Positions 48,879 through 58,203 of a stretch of 64,000 nucleotides of DNA are shown here, piece by piece. This stretch comes from a bacterium (GTDB lineage Bacteria; Omnitrophota; Gorgyraeia; Zapsychrales; Zapsychraceae): NCBI GenBank assembly GCA_030429765.1, contig JAUIER010000015.1, positions 31,079 through 95,078 of the forward strand. Direction: 5' to 3'. Numbering within the stretch: position 1 is the first letter of the stretch; the number at the start of each line of letters is the position of its first letter. The notes beneath the pieces were generated by a model that saw only the letters and a program-made list of their open reading frames with translations, did no database searches and was not told the DNA's origin. A program made the position numbers and the translations under genes.

Positions 48879-49645
48879 GACATTTGCCTCTCAGTTAAAT
48901 AATCTCTGATGATCGCTTTATGGTCAAAGGCATATGAACGGTTCAACAGCTCCGTGTAAGGAATGATCTTGAGTCCCCGAGCATCATCCCCGAACTGCGG
49001 CTGTCCGATCCCCCGCCCGATAAATACCGTGGAACTAGTCTGAAACCGCGGATCACGTCCCGGTGTGTCATACACCCGGAACTGTCGGACGTCAGCCAAG
49101 TCCATATTGGTCTCTTCTTTAGCCTCGCGGATAGCGGCAACCTGCGTTGGCTCACCAGCATCAATAAACCCGCCCGGCAGGGCCCATCCATATGGCGGAT
49201 TGGATCGCTCGATCAGGATGATCCCGTGCTCGAGCTCAATGATCACGTCCACCGTCGGGAAAGGCTCCTGCCCCAGTCCATTTTCCATATGCCGGACATA
49301 TCCTTCAAACGTGGACTGATATGTCTCAAGAACACGGCGATCTGAAATGTAAATCAAGATCTCCCGGAATGAATATTGACCAGCCTTAACGACCTTCATT
49401 AATTCCTGCGCCGCGATCTTTGCCGCGCCAATCACGGGAAAGTCGGGATAACGATTATCAAGCCCCGCCATCTCAAACTCCTCAATCTGACGGCTGACCG
49501 CCCGGTCCAACATCAAGCGAATCCGTTCACGAAACTGATCCTGCATCGCGGCCAATTTTTCCGTCGACTCTTCCTGTTGCCGCGCGGGGCTATCCGGCGT
49601 TGCAGACGGACTTTGGAAAACAACATTGATCGACTGAATCTTCAT
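48875..49645 (-). CDS. NUDIX hydrolase (ADP-ribose pyrophosphatase-like) with macro-domain-like N-terminal remnant
   Basis: WALPGGFIDAGE...AAIREAKEET Nudix box, PGRDPR, GDDA, AFDH. Confidence 0.85.
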   Translation of the reverse strand: MKIQSINVVFQSPSATPDSPARQQEESTEKLAAMQDQFRERIRLMLDRAVSRQIEEFEMAGLDNRYPDFPVIGAAKIAAQELMKVVKAGQYSFREILIYISDRRVLETYQSTFEGYVRHMENGLGQEPFPTVDVIIELEHGIILIERSNPPYGWALPGGFIDAGEPTQVAAIREAKEETNMDLADVRQFRVYDTPGRDPRFQTSSTVFIGRGIGQPQFGDDARGLKIIPYTELLNRSYAFDHKAIIRDYLTERQMS

Positions 49646-51070
49646 CTACGCTCCTGCCATCTTTCGGGCCAGCTCGAGGGCCTGCGCCTTGGACTTGATC
49701 TTGCCCAACACATGCTGTTCCTGAATTTCATCCAGGATCTGACCAATCAGCGGTGATCCTTCCGTCTTCAGGGCCTTCATGATATCACGTCCATTGACCA
49801 ATGGAACATACGGCTTTTGCCGCTTTTGCTCGAGATAGCGCTCGATAAGCTGACGGCAAATGGTCTCATGATGGGCTTGATCGGCCTCGGTCGTTAGCGG
49901 ACCGCGCGTTGAGCGTTGATCAGCCAGGGACAACAGCAAAATACTGATCACCTCATCACCCGCATCACGAAAGTAACGGTACACCATTCGTTCGCTGGGG
50001 GTTTTATAGTTTGATAAATATCCCGGACGCAGATGCATCTGCACCATGTCTTCCAGCAAATGCCGCTCCCGGGTAGAAATCCGTAACATTTTCGAGATTC
50101 CTTTAACGATATACCGCCCGACATTTTCATGTCCATGAAACGACAACCGTTCACCCTTCTTTTGACGCGTGTCCGGCTTGCCGATGTCGTGGAACAAAGC
50201 CGCCAGCTTCATTAGTGATCGTCGGGAATGTCCTCCCCCGATGACCGCGTCCAGATATTTTACAATCTCCGGATCTGTTTCATCGCTTAAAATCAAATCC
50301 AATTGATGGACCACCTCCAGCGAGTGCTCCCAGACATCCAGATGGTGATACCCGCCCTGTTTGCAGTTATACATCACCGATACTTGAGGAATCACCCGAT
50401 CCAGCAGCTCGTGCTTGTCCATCGAGCGCAGGATCGCGGCCGTCTTCTCGGACTCGAGGACCTTAAAGAGCTCTTCCCGAATCCGTTCGTAGGATACGTC
50501 ACGGATTGAATCCTTCTCCCGCGCAATCTGCTCAAGCGTCCGCGGCTCGATCTCAAAACCCAAATTAGCCTGCAAACCAAACGCCCGCATCATTCTAAGC
50601 GGATCATCCCGGAACGAACGAGCGGAAACGCGCCGGATGACACCGGCGCGGATGTCCTTAAGCGCTGATTTGAAATCACGTATCGCCGCGTTGAGATCCA
50701 TGCCGGGCCGAATATCGTTGAGATCGAGAGTCAATGTATTGATCGTAAAATCACGCAGCGCTAAATCCTCTTCAAGGGTAGCCGCACGAAATTCCGCAAA
50801 GTCATACGTCCACAACTGTCCCTTCACCTTCTTGGCCACCCGCGCACAGCCTCTGTCCTCATCCAGGACGATATACGCCCCGCGAATCTCATCGGCCAAT
50901 GCCTCTGCCAGTTTCAACGCACCGCAGCTGACGGCAAAATCAAAATCACTGAGAGGACGTCCGATGATATGATCCCGCAGACAACCGCCGACAAGGTAAA
51001 CCTTGATCCGCTTACGCTTCGCGAGCTTCTGAATGTCGATTAAAACCGGATGTTCCGTTAACAATTCCAT
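49646..51070 (-). CDS. Class II tRNA nucleotidyltransferase with HD domain, probably CC-adding type
   Basis: VGGCLRD, DFDF, EEDLALRDFTIN, DDPLR, SYERIREEL, HDIGKP; start likely MELLTEH. Confidence 0.9.
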   Translation of the reverse strand: MELLTEHPVLIDIQKLAKRKRIKVYLVGGCLRDHIIGRPLSDFDFAVSCGALKLAEALADEIRGAYIVLDEDRGCARVAKKVKGQLWTYDFAEFRAATLEEDLALRDFTINTLTLDLNDIRPGMDLNAAIRDFKSALKDIRAGVIRRVSARSFRDDPLRMMRAFGLQANLGFEIEPRTLEQIAREKDSIRDVSYERIREELFKVLESEKTAAILRSMDKHELLDRVIPQVSVMYNCKQGGYHHLDVWEHSLEVVHQLDLILSDETDPEIVKYLDAVIGGGHSRRSLMKLAALFHDIGKPDTRQKKGERLSFHGHENVGRYIVKGISKMLRISTRERHLLEDMVQMHLRPGYLSNYKTPSERMVYRYFRDAGDEVISILLLSLADQRSTRGPLTTEADQAHHETICRQLIERYLEQKRQKPYVPLVNGRDIMKALKTEGSPLIGQILDEIQEQHVLGKIKSKAQALELARKMAGA

Positions 51071-51148
51071 AAACAATAAAATGAGCAGCCTGAACACTAA
51101 CCCTAACGGATAGAATTTCGCAAACTGCTCACATAATCAGATTTAAAA

Positions 51149-51556
51149 TTAAGATGTCTTAAAAACCGAGGCCTGATCGATCACTTCCTCGGCCACGAAA
51201 ATATCAGACCCCGTTCGCACCGCCAATGCCACACCGTCGGACGGCCGGGCATCAACCAGGATCTTCTTACCATTCTTCATCTCAAGCTCAAGCTTGGCGT
51301 GAAACGTGTTGTTCTGCATCTTATCGATGATCAAATTCTTGAGTTTCGCCCCCAGACTTTCAATCGTCGAGACAAGCAGGTCGTGCGTCATCGGACGCGG
51401 CGGCTCCACCCCAGACAGTTTCATTTTGATACTGGACGCCTCCAGAAATCCAATCACAATCGGAAACTGGCGATCGCCTTCCTTTTCCTTGAGGACGATA
51501 ATCTGGTCCTGGCGTTTTTCGTCGATAATAATCTTGCTGAGTTCTACTTGAATCAC
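51149..51556 (-). CDS. Bifunctional nuclease family (DUF151)
   Basis: PIVIG..EA, PRPMTHDL, DARPSD. Confidence 0.93.
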   Translation of the reverse strand: MIQVELSKIIIDEKRQDQIIVLKEKEGDRQFPIVIGFLEASSIKMKLSGVEPPRPMTHDLLVSTIESLGAKLKNLIIDKMQNNTFHAKLELEMKNGKKILVDARPSDGVALAVRTGSDIFVAEEVIDQASVFKTS

Positions 51557-52020
51557 TTTTTAATCTTCTCCTTATCGAGCATTCCTTTGAGCTCGTTCAT
51601 AAACTGAGAGACGTCCTTGAATTGACGGTATACCGAAGCAAACCGAACGTAGGCCACTTCATCAATACCAGCCAACCGTTCCATGACGACCTCACCGACA
51701 TCACGCGTGTCGACTTCCCGCTCATAATTTTTCTGAACGAATCGTTCGACCCCGTTAGTGACATCCTCGATCGTATCGATACTGACCGGACGTTTTTCAC
51801 AGGCCTTCAAAAGCCCGGCGATGATACGCTTACGGTCAAACGGCTGACGCCGCCCGTCCCGTTTAATCACCATTAACGGAACCTGCTCGACATATTCGTA
51901 GGTGGTGAACCGATGCTGACACTTCAAACATTCCCGCCGGCGTCTGACCGAATTTCCTTCACCGCTCAAACGTGAATCAACGACCTTGGTTTCTTTGTAA
52001 TTGCATGATGGACATTTCAT
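51553..52020 (-). CDS. nrdR: Transcriptional repressor NrdR
   Basis: CPSC..VVDSR..RRRRECLKC..RFTTYE, ATP cone, VAYVRFASVY. Confidence 0.98.
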   Translation of the reverse strand: MKCPSCNYKETKVVDSRLSGEGNSVRRRRECLKCQHRFTTYEYVEQVPLMVIKRDGRRQPFDRKRIIAGLLKACEKRPVSIDTIEDVTNGVERFVQKNYEREVDTRDVGEVVMERLAGIDEVAYVRFASVYRQFKDVSQFMNELKGMLDKEKIKK

Positions 52021-52059
52021 GGTTTAGCTCGCATAAGTGTATCCGTCCGTCACAGCATA

Positions 52060-53301
52060 CTACAGATCGCTGTAGATGGGAAACTTTTTGGTCAGCTCAT
52101 CCACCCCGGCCGACACGGCCTTGAGCTCTTGGCTGTTATCACGGTTCATAATCGCCCGATCAATCAGCTGAGCGATTGTCCGCATGTCATCGGCCTTCAT
52201 GCCGCGCGTCGTGACCGATGGCGTTCCGATCCGCAAGCCGCTGGTCACCATCGGCTTTTCCGGATCAAACGGAATCAAATTCTTGTTCACAGTTATACGC
52301 ACCTCATCCAGCACCGTGGCCGCCTCGTTCCCCTTGACATTTTTGGGACGAAGGTCGACGAGAAACAGGTGATTATCCGTCCCGCCCGAGACAATTCGAT
52401 ATCCCAATGACGACAACTCGTCCGCAAACGCTGCCGCGTTATCCACGACTTGCTGCTGATACGCCTTGAAATCAGGACTTAATGCTTCCTTAAAGGCCAC
52501 GGCCTTGGCGGCGATCACATGCATCAACGGTCCGCCCTGCGTCCCCGGAAAGATCCGCGAATTAATCTTCTTGGCCCACTCTTCCTTGCAGATGATTAAT
52601 CCGCCTCGAGGTCCGCGCAATGTTTTGTGGGTCGTCGTTGTGACGAAGTCCGCGTAAGGGACTGGGCTCGGGTGAATCCCGGCCGCGACCAGTCCGGCGA
52701 TGTGCGCCATGTCCACGAACAGATACGCACCAACTGAGTCGGCAATTTCCCGAAACTTTTTAAAATCGATAATTCGTGGATACGCCGAAGCACCGGCCAC
52801 GATCATCTTGGGTTTGTGCTCCTGGGCCAACCGGTTGATTTCTTCATAATCAAATCTCTCGGTCTCGGCATCGACTTGATACGAAACAAAATTGTAGGAC
52901 AAGCCGGAAAAGTTAATCTTAAGCCCGTGCGTCAAATGTCCGCCGCTGGCCAGGTCCAATGCCAGAATCGTATCGCCGTACTGCAGCGCCGCCAGATAAA
53001 CCGCCGCGTTGGCCTGTGATCCCGAGTGGGGCTGCACATTGACATGATCCCCGCCGAAGATTCGCTTGGCCCGCTCAATGGCCAGGTTTTCCACCTGATC
53101 AACATACTCGCATCCATCATAATAGCGTTTGCCCGGATATCCCTCGGCATACTTGTTGGTCATGACGGAACCCTGAGCCTCCATCACCGCCTGGGTGACG
53201 ATATTTTCGGACGCAATCAATTCCAGATTATCTTGCTGACGTTTAAGCTCATCACAAATCGCCTGATACACTTCAGGATCAGAATCTTGTAAATATTTCA
53301 T
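52060..53301 (-). CDS. glyA: Serine hydroxymethyltransferase
   Basis: [36 protein letters not shown]; start likely MKYLQD at 53301 (AGGA RBS). Confidence 0.98.
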   Translation of the reverse strand: MKYLQDSDPEVYQAICDELKRQQDNLELIASENIVTQAVMEAQGSVMTNKYAEGYPGKRYYDGCEYVDQVENLAIERAKRIFGGDHVNVQPHSGSQANAAVYLAALQYGDTILALDLASGGHLTHGLKINFSGLSYNFVSYQVDAETERFDYEEINRLAQEHKPKMIVAGASAYPRIIDFKKFREIADSVGAYLFVDMAHIAGLVAAGIHPSPVPYADFVTTTTHKTLRGPRGGLIICKEEWAKKINSRIFPGTQGGPLMHVIAAKAVAFKEALSPDFKAYQQQVVDNAAAFADELSSLGYRIVSGGTDNHLFLVDLRPKNVKGNEAATVLDEVRITVNKNLIPFDPEKPMVTSGLRIGTPSVTTRGMKADDMRTIAQLIDRAIMNRDNSQELKAVSAGVDELTKKFPIYSDL

Positions 53302-53326
53302 CGACTTCCTCTTTTCTAGCTGGGTT

Positions 53327-53788
53327 TCAATCATTCTGACTAATATCCGCGCCGGTCTCCATCTGCCGGATCAAATCCACCCGACGCTGATGCCGACCGC
53401 CTTCAAATTCAGTGGACAGCCACACTTTAACTATTTCCTCAAGATCTTCCGACTTTATAAACTTGGTGCTCAGCACCAGCACGTTCGCGTTATTGTGCTG
53501 ACGTGACAAGGCCGCCGCCTCGGCATTGTAACACAACGCCGCCAGGACACCGTCTATCTTGTTGGCCGCGATTGCCTGGCCGATACCCGACATGCAAATC
53601 AGTATTCCGCGGTTCTCCGGATGACCGGCCACGGCCGTACCGACCTTATACGCAATCTTCGGATAGTCACAACTCGACTCCGAATACGTCCCCACGTCTT
53701 CAATTGAATAACCTAACTGGCTGACAATCGCCTTAACTGCATCTTTGGTTTGCAGTCCGCGATGGTCCGCTCCGATATAAATCTTCAC
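53327..53788 (-). CDS. rpiB: Ribose-5-phosphate isomerase B
   Basis: [35 protein letters not shown]. Confidence 0.96.
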   Translation of the reverse strand: MKIYIGADHRGLQTKDAVKAIVSQLGYSIEDVGTYSESSCDYPKIAYKVGTAVAGHPENRGILICMSGIGQAIAANKIDGVLAALCYNAEAAALSRQHNNANVLVLSTKFIKSEDLEEIVKVWLSTEFEGGRHQRRVDLIRQMETGADISQND

Positions 53789-53822
53789 CTACTGCTCCTT
53801 TATCTTCCCGTCTGAAGGCTAA

Positions 53823-54884
53823 TTAAATCAGACCGACAATCTTGTCAATCGCCTGCTCAATGACACCCAGACAACGTTGATACTCGTCTCGATCCCGCCC
53901 GATCGGATCGGGAATGTCTAGATCCGCTAAAAGACTTCCGGCCTCTGCCGCAAATTCTTTCAGCAGATAAATCTTTTTTTCAACCTCAGGGATCCGTGAC
54001 AATACCTGCTGGCGATGACCGCGAGTCATCACAAAAATCAGATCAGCCTTCTTCAGCAACACGGTGTTGATCGGCTGGGATAAATGTTCGGTTGCGTCGA
54101 TGCCTTTATTGCCCAGAACCGCCATCGTTTCGGCGCTCGCCTTGGCCTGCAAAAACACACTTGTTCCCGCCGAGCAGACCTCAATGTCGTCACGATCCTG
54201 GACCTTATGGGCCAGCAGAAAATGCGCCATAACCGATCGGCAACTGTTGCCCGTGCAGACAAATAAAATGGTTTTTCGCTTCGCTAAAGATTCGATGTCC
54301 TCTGTCGCAATCACGCCTTCCCTGAGAACTTTAGGCTGATCCTGAGTCAGATCAACAACCGTCGACCCTTGTCCAAACTCAGCCGGTCCGCCGTCAATCG
54401 CTAAATCAACATACCCGTCAAGGTCCTCGAGGGCCTCCTGGACCGTCTGCGGCGGTTTCTTACCCGCCAAATTTGCCGATGGCGCAACCACTTGCCCTGG
54501 AATCTCGGCGATCAAACGGCGCGCGATCATATTGTCCGGGACCCGCAGACCGATGGTCTTGCCCTTCTCCTTGGAATCGACCACAACCGTCAAAGGACCT
54601 GGCCAATACCGGTCGATCAGTTTATAAAGAAACGGACTTTGCGATGCGGTGTAATTGGAAATCAGTTCTTTTTGCGAAATTACCGTCGAAAATGGCTTAT
54701 CCGAACGCTCTTTAATTGATCTGAGACGTTCCATGGCATCTGAACGCGAGGCATCCGCGGCAATTCCATAGACCGTTTCCGTCGGAAAAATAACCAACCC
54801 CCCATTCCGGATCACGTTGGCGCATCGATGAATGCTTTGCAAATCAGGAAATTCAGGATGAAGTGTTATGACATCTGTTTTCAA
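53823..54884 (-). CDS. tsaC: TsaC/Sua5 threonylcarbamoyl-AMP synthase fused to a low-MW phosphatase (YwlE-like)
   Basis: FPTETVYG, KER, WPGPLT, PSAN; then FVCTGNSCRS, SAGT, DIPDPIG. Confidence 0.92.
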   Translation of the reverse strand: MKTDVITLHPEFPDLQSIHRCANVIRNGGLVIFPTETVYGIAADASRSDAMERLRSIKERSDKPFSTVISQKELISNYTASQSPFLYKLIDRYWPGPLTVVVDSKEKGKTIGLRVPDNMIARRLIAEIPGQVVAPSANLAGKKPPQTVQEALEDLDGYVDLAIDGGPAEFGQGSTVVDLTQDQPKVLREGVIATEDIESLAKRKTILFVCTGNSCRSVMAHFLLAHKVQDRDDIEVCSAGTSVFLQAKASAETMAVLGNKGIDATEHLSQPINTVLLKKADLIFVMTRGHRQQVLSRIPEVEKKIYLLKEFAAEAGSLLADLDIPDPIGRDRDEYQRCLGVIEQAIDKIVGLI

Positions 54885-54954
54885 TGGTATCCTTATCGTC
54901 TGGACAAAGCGCTACCCACGTCCTGAACAATCGATCAATTCGTCACATATAAAT

Positions 54955-54983
54955 GCCGGTTTGATTTGAATCTTAAAGCCGGC
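54955..54983 (-). terminator. Hairpin directly after purD, possible terminator
   Basis: GCCGGTTT...AAAGCCGGC stem; only a short U-tract. Confidence 0.5.
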
Positions 54984-56276
54984 TTATCGTTGCGTTGAAG
55001 CCTGGCTGATATGGATAAAGGCCTTGGCGCCGATATCCCGACGGAAGAAACAACTTTCAAAATGTATTTTTTCAACGGCCTTGTACGCGGAATCTATAGC
55101 GGCCTGAAGCCCCTTGCCCAGGGCCGTGACACCCAGAACACGTCCTCCGCTGGTTACGATCTTGCCATCCTCCAGTTTGGTTCCCGCGTGAAAAACGACG
55201 CTCTCATTTTCCGCGGCGGCATCCAGCCCGGTGATTTCGTACCCGGTTTTATATTCACCCGGATAACCTCCCGAACTCATCACCACGCAAACACAAGACT
55301 TCTTATCCCAGTCCAGCTCAAATTCATTTAATCGCTCTTCACAACTGGCCAGTAGTATCGGGACCAGATCATTCTTTAAGCGCGGCAGTACAGCCTGTGC
55401 TTCCGGATCGCCGAAACGCACATTGTATTCCAGCACCAACGGTCCTTCCTTAGTGATCATCAAACCCGCGTACAACACCCCTTTAAACGGCGCGCCCTCA
55501 CGGTTCATCCCGCGAATGGTCGGTTCGATGATCCGTGCCTCGATCTTATTGATCAGCTCGGACGTCAAAATCGGCGCCGGTGAATAGGCCCCCATACCGC
55601 CCGTGTTCGGCCCCAGATCCTCGTCGAAGATACGTTTGTGATCCTGTGATGATTCCAGCAGGATATAATCCTGACCATCACAAATCGCCAGGATAGAAAC
55701 TTCTTCACCTTCCAGACATTCCTCAATGACAACCTTGTTGCCGGCATCCTTGAATACCTTGTCCTGCATGATCTGCGTCAGCGCCTTCTGCGCGGCGTCT
55801 TTATCTTTACAAATAATGACCCCTTTACCCGCGGCCAAACCATCGGCTTTGACCACTAACGGAAACTGAGCCTGCTCGATAAAATCCAGCGCTGTCTGAA
55901 AATCGTCAAACGTCTTAAATGCCGCCGTGGGGATATTGCATTTATGCATGAACTCCTTGGAGAAAACCTTACTCGCCTCCAGACGGGCCGCCGACTTGCT
56001 CGGCCCGAAAACTTTCAGCTTGTTGACCTGAAAGTGGTCGACAATCCCGTCGACCAATGGCGCTTCCGGACCGATGATGGTCAGATCAATCCTTTTCTCC
56101 AACGCGAAATTGACCAGACGCTCCGTGTCGTTTGGCTGAATATCCACGCATTCGGCAATCTCCGCGATGCCGCCGTTGCCCGGCGCGCAGTATAAATCCT
56201 TAACCAATGGACTCTGTTTGATTTTCCAAGCCAATGCGTGCTCTCGACCTCCAGAACCAACGATTAGAATCTTCAT
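54984..56276 (-). CDS. purD: Phosphoribosylamine-glycine ligase
   Basis: GSGGREHA, APGNGG, KADGLAAGKGV, QDHKR, GPNTGGMG, RFGDPE. Confidence 0.98.
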   Translation of the reverse strand: MKILIVGSGGREHALAWKIKQSPLVKDLYCAPGNGGIAEIAECVDIQPNDTERLVNFALEKRIDLTIIGPEAPLVDGIVDHFQVNKLKVFGPSKSAARLEASKVFSKEFMHKCNIPTAAFKTFDDFQTALDFIEQAQFPLVVKADGLAAGKGVIICKDKDAAQKALTQIMQDKVFKDAGNKVVIEECLEGEEVSILAICDGQDYILLESSQDHKRIFDEDLGPNTGGMGAYSPAPILTSELINKIEARIIEPTIRGMNREGAPFKGVLYAGLMITKEGPLVLEYNVRFGDPEAQAVLPRLKNDLVPILLASCEERLNEFELDWDKKSCVCVVMSSGGYPGEYKTGYEITGLDAAAENESVVFHAGTKLEDGKIVTSGGRVLGVTALGKGLQAAIDSAYKAVEKIHFESCFFRRDIGAKAFIHISQASTQR

Positions 56277-56329
56277 AAAACTCCTTCACTGATTAGTCTG
56301 TTCATGATGAATATTTGGATAATGTGAGA

Positions 56330-57331
56330 CTATTGAAACACGACACGCCTGGATTTGTGATCCACGACCTGTCCAATAATCGAGTAGTTGACCTGTTTGC
56401 GGGTCAGCAGACTTTCCACCCGGGAAACATCCCGCTGAGCGATCACCGCCGCCAATCCGATCCCCATATTAAACGTGCGGTACATCTCCGAATCATCTAT
56501 TTTACCTTTTTTCTGAATGATTTGGAAAATTTTCGGAACCGGCCAGCTTCCCTTATTTATAGCAAAACATTTGCCTTTGGGAAGGACTTTGGTCAGTTTT
56601 TCATAATAGGCTCCGCCGGTAATATGTGCAATCCCCCGGACTTTGACATTTTGTGTCAATAAAGCGATTTCATCGGCGTAAATCCTCGTCGGGGCCAGCA
56701 GGTCCTTGATATGCTTTTTCTGCATCGCGGGTGACAGCACCGACCGGACCAGCGAATATCCGTTGGAATGGATCCCATTCGACGGAAATCCGATCAGGAC
56801 ATCACCGCTCTTGATGCCGGCTCCGTCAATTATCGCCTTCTTCTCAACCACACCCACCGCAAAGCCGGCCAGGTCATATTCGTCTGCCTTGTACATGCCG
56901 GGCATTTCTGCCGTTTCACCGCCGATCAGACTGCAGCCGGATTGCTGACATCCCTTGGCAATCCCTTTGACAACGGCCTTCAGCACCTTAGGATCGAGCT
57001 TACCGCAGGCGATATAATCCAGAAAAAACAGCGGCTTGGCGCCGACACACAAGATATCATTGACGTTCATCGCGACCAGATCAATACCGACCGTGTGGTG
57101 AATACCATGTTTCTGTGCGAGCAGTAATTTCGTACCAACTCCGTCGGTTGATGAGACGATGACGGGATTCTTGTATTGCCCTTTGGCCAGCTCAAATAAC
57201 CCGCCAAACGCGCCGTCACGTTTGAGTACGCCGGCCGACATGGTTTTCTTGATGTCGCCCTTGATCGCGTCTACAAACTTGTTGGCCTTGTCGATATCAA
57301 CGCCGCTGGACTTATAGGTTTTACTCGCCAT
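56330..57331 (-). CDS. purM: AIR synthetase
   Basis: SGVDI, TDGVGTK, GIDLVAM, GGETAEMPG, HSNGYSL, HITGG. Confidence 0.98.
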   Translation of the reverse strand: MASKTYKSSGVDIDKANKFVDAIKGDIKKTMSAGVLKRDGAFGGLFELAKGQYKNPVIVSSTDGVGTKLLLAQKHGIHHTVGIDLVAMNVNDILCVGAKPLFFLDYIACGKLDPKVLKAVVKGIAKGCQQSGCSLIGGETAEMPGMYKADEYDLAGFAVGVVEKKAIIDGAGIKSGDVLIGFPSNGIHSNGYSLVRSVLSPAMQKKHIKDLLAPTRIYADEIALLTQNVKVRGIAHITGGAYYEKLTKVLPKGKCFAINKGSWPVPKIFQIIQKKGKIDDSEMYRTFNMGIGLAAVIAQRDVSRVESLLTRKQVNYSIIGQVVDHKSRRVVFQ

Positions 57332-57355
57332 AAAAGATTATTGTGTTATCTACGT

Positions 57356-58168
57356 TTAGAGAAGGTGCTCCAACACATACTCGACACCGTTCTCAAAAAT
57401 TTTCGCGCCGGATCCATACGTACTCCCGTTGGAAACCCGCGTCCAAAACGGATGCTGTGTATGAAAAAAATGCCGTTCCGGATGCGGCATCAATCCCAGG
57501 ATACGCCCGGTCCGATCCGTAATGCCGGCGATGTCCGCCACCGATCCGTTGGGATTATCTGGATACGCGGGACTGTTACCTTCAAATGTGCAGTACCGAA
57601 AGGCGACTTGCTGATGGCCTTCGAGTTTTTTGAGATCATCAGCCGCCAACATAAATTTACCTTCGGCATGCGCGACAGGAAAATACACCACCTCATCAAG
57701 CCCTCGCGTCCACACACTGTGCCCTTCAACTTTGAGATACGACCAGCGATCTTCAAACTTTCCGGAATCATTATTGGTCAGCGTCGCGATCTGATGCGAA
57801 TCATGTGCGGCCTCCGACTGGTGATCCAGCGGCCCCGGCAACAATCCGGCCTTGATCAGCACCTGAAATCCATTACAAATCCCGATGATCAACTTGCCGT
57901 CGCCGATAAACTGACATAAATCCTCTCCCAAATGCAGCCGCAACTCATTGGCCAAAATCCTGCCCGACTCTATGTCGTCTCCATATGTAAATCCGCCCGG
58001 TAACGCCAGAATATGGTAGTCCTTGAGGTGGATATTCTTCTTGTACAATTGTTCGATGTGCACACGATCGACCTCCGCACCAAAATGGGCGAAAGCAAAT
58101 GCCGTCTCTTCGTCGCAATTGGTGCCGGCGGTTCTCAGGACCAGGACTCGGGGTTTTGACTTGGACAT
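57356..58168 (-). CDS. purQ: FGAM synthase glutaminase subunit
   Basis: AGTNCD, PGGFTYGD, GICNGFQ, AHAEG, NPNGS, MPHPER. Confidence 0.97.
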   Translation of the reverse strand: MSKSKPRVLVLRTAGTNCDEETAFAFAHFGAEVDRVHIEQLYKKNIHLKDYHILALPGGFTYGDDIESGRILANELRLHLGEDLCQFIGDGKLIIGICNGFQVLIKAGLLPGPLDHQSEAAHDSHQIATLTNNDSGKFEDRWSYLKVEGHSVWTRGLDEVVYFPVAHAEGKFMLAADDLKKLEGHQQVAFRYCTFEGNSPAYPDNPNGSVADIAGITDRTGRILGLMPHPERHFFHTQHPFWTRVSNGSTYGSGAKIFENGVEYVLEHLL

Positions 58169-58203
58169 ATCTTATAACTGTATTTGGATTACTTAATGTT
58201 TAA

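Noticed and set aside
57341-57919. 192-aa plus-strand ORF
   Set aside because: Antisense to purQ; no independent coding evidence.
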